From positions 69,679 through 133,678 of the IMG/VR virus record IMGVR_UViG_3300048625_000299: DNA of 64,000 nt. One strand, given 5' to 3'. Below, in pieces: positions 33,588 to 41,924 of the stretch. Under the pieces are notes generated by a model. That model was given only the letters and a program-made list of their open reading frames with translations. It was not told the DNA's origin and made no database searches. How positions within the stretch are numbered: position 1 is the first letter of the stretch; each line of letters opens with the position of its first letter. This DNA is from a virus. The translations under genes and the position numbers were made by a program.

Positions 33588-34508
33588 ATGAAAAAGTATG
33601 TAATTGCAACATTGCTCGCTTTGAGCACACTTGGTGCATGTGCCGCACCAGCCAACGACGCTCCTGCTGCTGATTGCGATGGCGTCAAGTTCGCGACTGG
33701 TCCTAAGGGCAAAGGCTACTCCACTCTGTATGCAGACTTGAATAAGCTGCTTGGTGGCAAGGTCGCGATGTGTGAATTGAACACAACTGGTGGTCTGGAC
33801 AACTTGAACGCATTGTCGACCAAAGATGCTGACATCGGCATCGTTCAAATCGATACATGGAACGACATGAAGAATGGCGACGAAAACATCGCCAACCTGC
33901 AAGCAGTGATGCCATTGAATAGCAACTACTTGCACATCGTTACATCAGTTAATGGTATCCAAGGTGAAAAGAAATTCGGCTTGATCAAGGGCGACGTCAA
34001 GATGATCAACCGCTTCAGCGATCTTCGCGGTCAACGAGTAGCAGTTGTTGGTTCTGCCCAATTGCTTGGCCGTAAGCTCGAGAAATCTGTTGGCTATGGT
34101 ATGCAGTTCATTGACTCTAAGTCTGATGCTGAAGCGTTCGACATGGTCCGCAAGGGTCAAGTTGCGGCAGCAATGACCGTCAGCGGCTGGCCTTCTGGCA
34201 CCGTCAAGCAACTGAGCCAAGCTGATGGTCTGACTCTGGTACCGTTTGATGCTCCTATCGGTGAGCCATACAAAGTGAAAGCGCTGAACTACAAGAACAT
34301 CGCTGTGTATAACAACAACTCACTGGCAATCCCTAACGTGTTGGTTTCTCGTTCATTCTCTGGTCAACGTGCAGCAAATGTTGCAGCAATCCAAGCTGGC
34401 ATCGTACGTAACCTGACTGAATTGAAAGAAGGCAACTACCAACCAGCTTGGAACGAAGTCAACCCGAATGCAGCCATCAACGGTATGGCTAAGTTCAAGG
34501 CAAAGTAA
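33588..34508 (+). CDS. TAXI-family (TRAP-associated) periplasmic solute-binding lipoprotein
   Basis: Lipobox TLGAC. CELNTTGGLDNLNALSTKDADIGIVQIDTW resembles the TAXI signature (TGGtgG.y...g.....ADla.vQ.D). Confidence 0.55.
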   Translation: MKKYVIATLLALSTLGACAAPANDAPAADCDGVKFATGPKGKGYSTLYADLNKLLGGKVAMCELNTTGGLDNLNALSTKDADIGIVQIDTWNDMKNGDENIANLQAVMPLNSNYLHIVTSVNGIQGEKKFGLIKGDVKMINRFSDLRGQRVAVVGSAQLLGRKLEKSVGYGMQFIDSKSDAEAFDMVRKGQVAAAMTVSGWPSGTVKQLSQADGLTLVPFDAPIGEPYKVKALNYKNIAVYNNNSLAIPNVLVSRSFSGQRAANVAAIQAGIVRNLTELKEGNYQPAWNEVNPNAAINGMAKFKAK

Positions 34509-34682
34509 GATAACCCCCGCAGTGTGCGTAAGGGCAACGTCAATAAGTCCCTTCCGATAATATGCAAGGAATCTTAATCTCAATTGGTCTGATCACGTTT
34601 GCAACCGTATTCGTGATTTCCGCATATAAGTCAGTCGCTAAGCTGACTGAACAACACAACCAAAGCACAAGAGCAGAATAAC

Positions 34683-35639
34683 ATGGAACAAAAAGTGAAA
34701 CGTGGCTTCAAGCGCAAGACGATCGAACAAACAATCCGCAACAAAATGAAGGGTTGGTTTGCATCGATTGACGATATTGAGTTGCGTGACGAATTGAAGA
34801 AGCACTACATCGTCACTGGTGGCGCAATCACTTCGATGTTGCTTGGTGATTTGCCTAACGACTACGATGTGTATATCGATAATGTCGACACAGCAGCAAA
34901 GCTCGCAAACTACTACGTCAGCCGTTTGCCATCGTCTGACAACGAATGCACGAAGACTCCAATCGTCTCTGTTCCACCAGAAGGTGGTCGTGTCGAGATT
35001 AAGGTCCAATCTGCTGGCATTGCTGGTGAAGAAATCGACCAAGATGGATATGAGTACTTCGAGATGTATCCAGACGCGACTAGTCGCACCATGGCATACC
35101 TGGAAGGCGCTGCAGCGAAGAGCACAGGCAAATATACTGCACTTGCAATCACAACAAACGCAATTACGCTGTCTGATCAAGTTCAAGTGATCTTGCGGTT
35201 CGTTGGTCCTGCAAATGAGATCCACAAGAACTACGACTTTGTCCATACGACAAACTACTTCACTGAAGAAGAAGGCGTTATGTTCCAACAGGATGCATTG
35301 GAATCTATCCTTGCTCGTGAATTGAAGTATGTTGGTAGCCGCTATCCAATCTGCTCATTGTTCCGCATCAAGAAGTTCATCAAGCGTGGTTGGACAATCA
35401 CTGCTGGTGAAATGTTGAAGATCGCATATGATGTTGCGAAGCTCGACCTCGACAATCCAGTTGTGTTGCAAGATCAACTGACTGGCGTTGATGCTGCATA
35501 CTTTAATCAGATCCTCCGACTGATCAAAGAAGAGAACAAGCCGATCGAACGTACATACTTGTTCGAATTGATTAACCGTGTATTCGATGAAGACGACGAC
35601 ATCGATGCAGCTGCAGAAGGAACGACAGATGTTCAATAA
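34683..35639 (+). CDS. Pol-beta-superfamily nucleotidyltransferase of the CCA-adding / poly(A)-polymerase head-domain type (PF01743-like)
   Basis: IVTGGAITSMLLGDLPNDYDVYI matches the class-II tRNA-NT motif (vGGaVRD.LLG....D.D). ALAITTNAI resembles the RRDFTINA motif. Confidence 0.6.
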   Translation: MEQKVKRGFKRKTIEQTIRNKMKGWFASIDDIELRDELKKHYIVTGGAITSMLLGDLPNDYDVYIDNVDTAAKLANYYVSRLPSSDNECTKTPIVSVPPEGGRVEIKVQSAGIAGEEIDQDGYEYFEMYPDATSRTMAYLEGAAAKSTGKYTALAITTNAITLSDQVQVILRFVGPANEIHKNYDFVHTTNYFTEEEGVMFQQDALESILARELKYVGSRYPICSLFRIKKFIKRGWTITAGEMLKIAYDVAKLDLDNPVVLQDQLTGVDAAYFNQILRLIKEENKPIERTYLFELINRVFDEDDDIDAAAEGTTDVQ

Positions 35640-36102
35640 GAACCTAGCACCGATCGTCGACTTGATGATCAATTCGTTGGGTGAGCATAGCAATGAGTTC
35701 CGTGCTCAATTTGGTCGCGATCGATACTCATCGTTCATTCGTGAGTATCGGACGGTCGATCTCCGCGTGCCCCGTCAAACGGGCAAGACGTCAATCCTGA
35801 TCAATAAGATGATGGAGCAGCCATCGATCATGTTTGTCCATAACGTCATGGCGCGCGAACGCCTGCGTCCAATCGAGCACCTCTGGGGAAGCAATGTCCA
35901 TACTCGTCCAGAGTTGGATTACCTCGATCGCATCCGAGCGAAGTATTATTCTAGACTTGAACTGCAGTTTGAATGCTTGATGGTAGATGAGCCCGCTTTC
36001 CACACCAAAGCGCAAGAAAGCAACTTGAACGAATTCATCGATTTCTTACACGGCCGTCAATTGGTCGCAGATAAATTTTATGTATTGAAGCTCGGCACAT
36101 GA
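35629..36102 (+). CDS. Hypothetical protein
   Basis: Internal ATG with SD gaagga. Overlaps the upstream stop by 11 nt. Confidence 0.5.
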   Translation: MFNKNLAPIVDLMINSLGEHSNEFRAQFGRDRYSSFIREYRTVDLRVPRQTGKTSILINKMMEQPSIMFVHNVMARERLRPIEHLWGSNVHTRPELDYLDRIRAKYYSRLELQFECLMVDEPAFHTKAQESNLNEFIDFLHGRQLVADKFYVLKLGT

Positions 36103-36383
36103 ACATTTCCTTAGACTACGACAACACATACACGCGCGATCCTGTGATGTGGGATGCGATCGTCGATATGATGAAGCGCTATGGCCACACTGTGTATGTT
36201 GTCACGATGCGTTACCCAAGCGAAGGTGCAGAGGTAGAGAAGTATCTTGCCGATAAGGTCGAGCGAATCATCTATACATCGCGCAAAGGTAAGATGGACT
36301 ATGTCCAACAACAGTTGCTGTCAATCGACATTTGGATAGATGATATGCCATGGTTCATTGTTAATGATGCAAAGATGGCATGA
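36099..36383 (+). CDS. Hypothetical protein
   Basis: ORF track. ATGA-coupled. Confidence 0.45.
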   Translation: MNISLDYDNTYTRDPVMWDAIVDMMKRYGHTVYVVTMRYPSEGAEVEKYLADKVERIIYTSRKGKMDYVQQQLLSIDIWIDDMPWFIVNDAKMA

Positions 36384-36664
36384 AGTACTTTTACTACTGT
36401 AATAGCTGGGAAAAGTCCGAGCCTGACGGTGGAGAGTATCTGTTCAGCGTCGAACATGCAGCATGTGATGATCAATGGGAATATGATTGGTTAGTCGAGA
36501 AATGTGCTGAGGACTACTATAGTAACCACGATGGATGGGAGCACCGGTCGTGGCCCAATAACTATATTGAATTCTGGTTGTATGATGAAAACAAAAAGAT
36601 GATTGGCACATATAATGTATACCTCGAATATGAGCCGTCATTCTCAGCACATAAACAAAAATGA
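36380..36664 (+). CDS. Hypothetical protein
   Basis: ORF track. ATGA-coupled. Confidence 0.45.
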   Translation: MKYFYYCNSWEKSEPDGGEYLFSVEHAACDDQWEYDWLVEKCAEDYYSNHDGWEHRSWPNNYIEFWLYDENKKMIGTYNVYLEYEPSFSAHKQK

Positions 36665-36882
36665 AAACACGATTGTTAGAAAAATGGAATGCAATCCCAG
36701 TTCATCTGAAGCTGTGGACAGTATTACTAGCTCAGATCTGGTTCTGGCCACAGTGCTACGACCAACACATGCCCGGAGGTATTGGTATTTCATTATTCAT
36801 TACTAACTGCATATTCGTAATTGCTAATGTGATCAAGTTGGTAAATTCATACGATGAGCCTGTGAAAGACGATCGTTGGTAA
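36661..36882 (+). CDS. Small membrane protein
   Basis: ORF track. Hydrophobic core. Confidence 0.45.
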   Translation: MKTRLLEKWNAIPVHLKLWTVLLAQIWFWPQCYDQHMPGGIGISLFITNCIFVIANVIKLVNSYDEPVKDDRW

Positions 36883-36883
36883 T

Positions 36884-37243
36884 ATGAAAGCATTCTTACA
36901 TGGAAAGATTCATGCCAAGAAGTACGGTGGGCATCCAGACGATTATGCAGACATCGATGACTTCATCGACTCGACCAAACAAGCAGTTGCTGATGTTAGA
37001 CACCGAGCAATCCTACACTCAGCTTTTGGGTGCTTTCTTGTTGAACGAATGTTTGGACGAACTCGTATTAACTCAGAGGGTAAGGAATACTCCCCCCGAG
37101 ATGTGGCTGAAGACCACATTCAGCAAGACCTAGGATTCATTCCTACGATGGAGCAGTACCTGAACTGTATGAGCATCGAGCCATGGATGTCGGGTACCGA
37201 AAAGAAGAACAACGCACGCAAATATATTTCACTTGAGGACTAA
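36884..37243 (+). CDS. Hypothetical protein
   Basis: ORF track. Confidence 0.45.
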   Translation: MKAFLHGKIHAKKYGGHPDDYADIDDFIDSTKQAVADVRHRAILHSAFGCFLVERMFGRTRINSEGKEYSPRDVAEDHIQQDLGFIPTMEQYLNCMSIEPWMSGTEKKNNARKYISLED

Positions 37244-37673
37244 TATGAAAATTGAAAGCATTAGCATCATTCCTATGATTAAGGAAACAATTTTTGAAGA
37301 GCCAACACTACCAACGCCTGATGAGACGTTCAATGTTGTCGATACTTTTGAAGAGTGGGTTGAGCAGTATGCGAAAGTCACTAATGCGATGATCGGCAAC
37401 GATCATGTTGTCAACATTGATTTGGCCGCAGTTATCAGCCCATATGCAGCGCGCTACATGATGGCTCCTGTTGCTTTGTATAAGGGTCAATCGCTGATGG
37501 CCAAGTCGCGTGGGTGCGCAGATGTCCAAGAAGCGATTGATGAGTTCAAAAAACTTAACGAAGAAGGATATGATGTAGTATTATACACGTGCTCTAATAT
37601 GAGAGTTGATACACACGCTGGCGATCACAAGACATCGCACATTGTCCGTTACGCAGAATTGAAAAGAGATTAA
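37233..37673 (+). CDS. Hypothetical protein
   Basis: ORF track. Confidence 0.45.
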   Translation: MRTNMKIESISIIPMIKETIFEEPTLPTPDETFNVVDTFEEWVEQYAKVTNAMIGNDHVVNIDLAAVISPYAARYMMAPVALYKGQSLMAKSRGCADVQEAIDEFKKLNEEGYDVVLYTCSNMRVDTHAGDHKTSHIVRYAELKRD

Positions 37674-37674
37674 T

Positions 37675-38091
37675 ATGAACACAATCATTCCAGCTGGCTA
37701 TCGCATCGAATGTAATACATGGGAAAATGACGCCGACAACTACCGAACGAATTACGCAGAGGGGTTGACGAAAGAAGAAGCCAAGCTCACCGTCGACTTG
37801 CTGTTGTTGCTAGACGGAGAGCACGGCAATATGTACGAGCCATCTGAAACTGAGCTTGACAACTTTGCAGACGCTATCAAGAAAGTGCTCGCCAAGCATG
37901 CTGGCCATGCTGATCTTGGGGATCTGGACCTGGACAACAATGATGAGGTCACCGACTTCTTCCATGAGTATACGTACGATCTTACTGGTAGCAGCGAGCA
38001 CTACTATACGCGTGTGTTGGACTCTTTCAAAGTCAACTACATTCCACAACAAATCGAGATGATCGATGTAACAGGAGAATTTGGTGTCTAA
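37675..38091 (+). CDS. Hypothetical acidic protein
   Basis: ORF track. Confidence 0.45.
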   Translation: MNTIIPAGYRIECNTWENDADNYRTNYAEGLTKEEAKLTVDLLLLLDGEHGNMYEPSETELDNFADAIKKVLAKHAGHADLGDLDLDNNDEVTDFFHEYTYDLTGSSEHYYTRVLDSFKVNYIPQQIEMIDVTGEFGV

Positions 38092-38323
38092 GATTACAAG
38101 CGAACAACTGAAGAAGCTCGATGATGCATACATTAACATCATGATGAGTGCTGAACTTGGCTGGGAAGTTACCATTGGAGGTAATGGCTACAATTCACAT
38201 GAAGCTGCTGGGGTGATCAGTGGCGTATATGACCTTCTTGGATTAACAGAGCCGGAATATTCCGAAGAAGAATTGAAACAATTCGTCATTGATTGTGGCG
38301 AAGATCCAGATGATTATCTTTAA
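38081..38323 (+). CDS. Hypothetical protein
   Basis: ORF track (non-ATG start possible). Confidence 0.35.
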   Translation: MVSKITSEQLKKLDDAYINIMMSAELGWEVTIGGNGYNSHEAAGVISGVYDLLGLTEPEYSEEELKQFVIDCGEDPDDYL

Positions 38324-38338
38324 ACTGAAAGGCAAACT

Positions 38339-38845
38339 ATGAGCGACCTCCAAACAGCATTCGATAAATTGATCGAAGAACAAAACGAATTGACCAAGCG
38401 TTTCCAAGAAACAGCACAAAGTCTGTTCAAGGAAACAACGAAAGAATTCTTTGCGAAGAACCCAGGCGTCACTGCAGTCGTGTGGACACAATATACGCCA
38501 TACTTCAATGATGGTGAGGCTTGTGAATTCAGCGTACATGAACCATACTTCACAAACGCTACTGCTGAGCAATTTGAAGACATCAGCAATTGGGGTGAGT
38601 ATGACGGCGACGATGAAACTGTGTGGTCTGAAACAGATTGGATCTTGTGTGGTGAATCCGACTACTGCAAAGAGCGTCGTGGCAATATGAAGCTGGACGG
38701 TATCGACTCGTCAACAATCCAACACTTCTCAAAGATGATCCAATCGTCTGAAATGGAAGACGTGATGGAAGCTATGTTTGGCGATCACGTACGAATCGTT
38801 GCTACACGCGAAGGATTCGAAGTCGACGACTACAGCCACGATTGA
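38339..38845 (+). CDS. Hypothetical protein
   Basis: ORF track. Confidence 0.5.
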   Translation: MSDLQTAFDKLIEEQNELTKRFQETAQSLFKETTKEFFAKNPGVTAVVWTQYTPYFNDGEACEFSVHEPYFTNATAEQFEDISNWGEYDGDDETVWSETDWILCGESDYCKERRGNMKLDGIDSSTIQHFSKMIQSSEMEDVMEAMFGDHVRIVATREGFEVDDYSHD

Positions 38846-38876
38846 TATTTTGGCTGGACAGTAGTATACTCGGCGT

Positions 38877-39149
38877 ATGAAAACATTTCACCGCGAAACA
38901 ATTGAACAAGGCACGATGCTGACACCAGCACGTATTGGATTCCATAAGATCATGGACCGATATGTTGAGGATTGTCCAGTTGGATATGTCCTTGCCATTC
39001 GTCTTCCTATCAACCGATGGAAGACGTGGTATTGTGTTGAAACGCACCAAGAGAAGCAAGGAATGGCCGAGTATACTGCATACTTCATTTACTATAATTG
39101 GCCGCGAAAGTTTGTACGTAAGGTGTACTGGGAGCCAGTAGGTGTGTGA
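38877..39149 (+). CDS. Hypothetical protein
   Basis: ORF track. Confidence 0.4.
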   Translation: MKTFHRETIEQGTMLTPARIGFHKIMDRYVEDCPVGYVLAIRLPINRWKTWYCVETHQEKQGMAEYTAYFIYYNWPRKFVRKVYWEPVGV

Positions 39150-39286
39150 GCCATTTGTTGATGATATGGGTAGTTTGATATATCCATACACTCTAGGTGT
39201 AGGAACATTTCGTTCACGATTGTTCTTCCACCGATCACTAGAAGGCGCTTGCTCAATGGCAACTGCATATATGTTGGAATTTGGAA

Positions 39287-39808
39287 ATGACTAAAAGAAT
39301 TTTCGTTGATATGGATGGAGTGTTGACCAACTTCAACCTCCGCTATACAGAACGATTTGGTATCACGCCGGCCGAAGTGCGTAAGTCCGCTGACCGTAAG
39401 CTGTATTCCAAATATTGGAATCAGTTTGTCGATGGACGAGAGTTTACAACACTTGACAGCTTTCCGGGCGTCAACGATATGCTCAACTTTATTCGCGATC
39501 AGCGCGATAAGCACAAAGCACAAGTAATGATCCTCACTTCGAGTGGTGGATATGAGCGTCACACCGATGTGCAAGAGCAAAAGCTGATATGGCTTAAAAA
39601 GCACGGAATTGAATTTCCAGCCATCGTTGTGCCTGGCCGTGGATTTAAGTCTGGCTTTGCAAGCTCATCATCATTCATCATTGATGATACTACAGATGTC
39701 GTTGAGAACTTCATTGCAAAGGGTGGGTTCGGCATCATCCACACCACAACGGAAAAATGGAACACATGCTATACGCTAGAGCGTTGGTTGGAAGGCAAAC
39801 ATGAGTGA
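39287..39808 (+). CDS. HAD-superfamily 5'(3')-deoxyribonucleotidase-like phosphatase
   Basis: RIFVDMDGVLTNFN matches the NT5C-type HAD motif I (vlvDmDGVladf). Confidence 0.6.
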   Translation: MTKRIFVDMDGVLTNFNLRYTERFGITPAEVRKSADRKLYSKYWNQFVDGREFTTLDSFPGVNDMLNFIRDQRDKHKAQVMILTSSGGYERHTDVQEQKLIWLKKHGIEFPAIVVPGRGFKSGFASSSSFIIDDTTDVVENFIAKGGFGIIHTTTEKWNTCYTLERWLEGKHE

Positions 39809-40241
39809 TGAGTATGATGACAATTTTGATGAAAACGGCTCGTTCATTGTCAACCTAGAGCAGATCATCGCGAGTAAGGATATCCTTGCAGTCACTAAGA
39901 TGACTGCGTTGGAAATCAAAGCAGATGGATACCTTACCGTAGGTAGATACTTGCAACGTCTGTCGGACTTCGACCTGCACGACTTGATGTCAATATGTGA
40001 GAATGTTAAAGATGAGCAGAATGATCAAATTGGCGATGTGTTGTTGATTGCTGAAATGCTCGCAACTGCTGAAGGTCTCGAGCCAGGTACGCCAGCAGGG
40101 ATTGCTCAACGAATGAATGCATTTATTATGCTACTGACAATCGAATCGCTCCATCGCAAAGGTCTCGTGAAAGCACACCACAACAATATGTCGCTCGGCG
40201 AAGATGCTGGTAATAAAGTGATCGTGGAGAAAATCAAATGA
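39801..40241 (+). CDS. Hypothetical protein
   Basis: ORF track. Confidence 0.45.
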   Translation: MSDEYDDNFDENGSFIVNLEQIIASKDILAVTKMTALEIKADGYLTVGRYLQRLSDFDLHDLMSICENVKDEQNDQIGDVLLIAEMLATAEGLEPGTPAGIAQRMNAFIMLLTIESLHRKGLVKAHHNNMSLGEDAGNKVIVEKIK

Positions 40242-40468
40242 GCATCCTAGAATTCCTTAATAGAGCAGTGTCGTTCCTTGGATCGATCCTGCCATATGGA
40301 TTTGGATTGCTTATGATACTGACTATCTGGGGGTATATGTCCCAAGAAGAATATAACGACGACGAAATTACATTTACTGTATCTTGTAAGACTGTGTTGA
40401 GTGATATGGATCACTATCCGAATTATGTGTTGAATTATTGTATGGATCGAAGGAGTGAGTTGAAATGA
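40238..40468 (+). CDS. Small membrane protein
   Basis: ORF track. ATGA-coupled. Confidence 0.4.
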   Translation: MSILEFLNRAVSFLGSILPYGFGLLMILTIWGYMSQEEYNDDEITFTVSCKTVLSDMDHYPNYVLNYCMDRRSELK

Positions 40469-40650
40469 GTAACGCTTGGAATTATATGGTGGATCAGTTG
40501 TCTGGGGACCTCGACTTCCTCAAAGAAAAAGATGACAAATATGTATCGGATGCCACGTCGATTATCGTAGAGAGCGTATTGTTGTCGCCCGACTCAATCA
40601 TCTCATATACTCCTATTCAGTGGAGCAAGACACAGTCAGAAGGTGTTTGA
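40465..40650 (+). CDS. Hypothetical protein
   Basis: ORF track. ATGA-coupled. Confidence 0.35.
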   Translation: MSNAWNYMVDQLSGDLDFLKEKDDKYVSDATSIIVESVLLSPDSIISYTPIQWSKTQSEGV

Positions 40651-41015
40651 TGAGTGTACTAACATCTGCTGCTAAGAAGACAGCTAAAGAGATTGGACAA
40701 GCGGTATTGTTCTTGTCTGCGATTGCATCATTCATTGTGGTTTCATTAGTATCGCCTGGATGGGCTGCAATCTTATTGATAACAGTATTAGTACTAGGAA
40801 CATTCTATGGCAACTACAAAGAAGCCCGCCGTGAAGAAGAGCTCGAAGAAGCCCGCGCCCACAACAAAAAGCGTATCGAAGACATCTGGGCCCGCGTCGA
40901 AGAAACTGGCAACGTCTTCGAAACCGGTAGCTCCCCCAAAGCCGGCAGTGAAGTCAAAATCAGCTGCACCGGTACCGGTGGTCGTTCCGGATGTGGAGAT
41001 AAGTCCACCGTTTGA
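40650..41015 (+). CDS. Membrane protein (2-3 TM); its 3' half overlaps the next ORF out of frame
   Basis: TGATG-coupled start. LFLSAIASFIVVSLVSPGWAAILLITVLVLGTF. Confidence 0.4.
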   Translation: MSVLTSAAKKTAKEIGQAVLFLSAIASFIVVSLVSPGWAAILLITVLVLGTFYGNYKEARREEELEEARAHNKKRIEDIWARVEETGNVFETGSSPKAGSEVKISCTGTGGRSGCGDKSTV

Positions 41016-41172
41016 AATCACGGCCAAGTGGACGTTCAAAAGCAATGATGAACTGGTGACACAGGCCGTATATGAGTCTATAATGAAGGACCATGATGCA
41101 TGGATCATCGAGCAAGCAACTGCTGCTAAGATCGCTGACATGCCTGAGAAGAAGACAAGGAAAAAGAAATGA
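40807..41172 (+). CDS. K/P/A-rich histone-H1-like protein with a C-terminal globular tail
   Basis: TTKKPAVKKSSKKPAPTTK... with SD aggaa. Overlaps 40650-41015 by ~200 nt in another frame. Confidence 0.45.
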   Translation: MATTKKPAVKKSSKKPAPTTKSVSKTSGPASKKLATSSKPVAPPKPAVKSKSAAPVPVVVPDVEISPPFEITAKWTFKSNDELVTQAVYESIMKDHDAWIIEQATAAKIADMPEKKTRKKK

Positions 41173-41411
41173 CAAAGTTGTATACAGTGCGCGTATCGTA
41201 TGATTATGTTGTACTTGCTGATAGTGTCAATGATGCATATGCCGTAGGTCAGAGCTACATCAAAGAAGCATTGAGCGATATGCCAATCCATGATGTTGAT
41301 GTTGACATTATCGAAGGCGTAAGTGCATATGGTTGGGATAATGAATGTATCCCATATGGCGGCGACGGTAACACTCGCACAGGCGAATATTTGAAGGAGC
41401 AAGTAAAATGA
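41169..41411 (+). CDS. Hypothetical protein
   Basis: ORF track. ATGA-coupled. Confidence 0.4.
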   Translation: MTKLYTVRVSYDYVVLADSVNDAYAVGQSYIKEALSDMPIHDVDVDIIEGVSAYGWDNECIPYGGDGNTRTGEYLKEQVK

Positions 41412-41713
41412 AATCTATTACTATTATTTTTGGAACGATCGCTTTTGTCGTTGCAAGCATTCTCTTCCGCGCATGGGCATTAACTGTGTTGTGGGCATGG
41501 TTCCTCGTACCGCTTGGTATGGTTGCGTTGTCAATCTCGAGCGCAATCGGCATCTCGATCATTGTCGGCATGTTTACACAGCATCTTGCAAAAGAATCGA
41601 AGGATGAGAAGGCAAAAGACACATATGAATTGATCGGCGATATTGCTGGTCGTGCAATCGGTGCGCCTCTGCTGTCGTTGTTCTTTGGTTGGATCGTAAC
41701 TCTGTTCATGTAA
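41408..41713 (+). CDS. Membrane protein
   Basis: ORF track. Three hydrophobic helices. Confidence 0.45.
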   Translation: MKSITIIFGTIAFVVASILFRAWALTVLWAWFLVPLGMVALSISSAIGISIIVGMFTQHLAKESKDEKAKDTYELIGDIAGRAIGAPLLSLFFGWIVTLFM

Positions 41714-41714
41714 T

Positions 41715-41924
41715 ATGTGCGAATGTTCTGTCTGCAAGTATAGCAAATTGGTTAGGCCAATGCTATTGCAACTCGACGAAGAGCAACGGCAGTTCTTCGA
41801 ACAGATGTATGAATCATTGATCGAGACTCAATACGATCTCGACTACTACAAAGCAATCGTAGATGGTTCATGGCCGATGGCAGATGAAATTATCGCACGC
41901 AAACGCAGGAAAGAAACTGAATGA
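41715..41924 (+). CDS. Hypothetical protein
   Basis: ORF track. Confidence 0.4.
   Translation: MCECSVCKYSKLVRPMLLQLDEEQRQFFEQMYESLIETQYDLDYYKAIVDGSWPMADEIIARKRRKETE

Noticed and set aside
535-35288. Minus-strand ORFs embedded in + strand genes (e.g. 535-828, 644-886, 12339-12944, 18076-18792, 22883-23455, 23061-23636, 34638-35288)
   Set aside because: They overlap motif-bearing + strand genes (NatV, NadV, lipoprotein, CCA-like nucleotidyltransferase) along their whole length and lack independent start contexts. They are treated as shadow ORFs.
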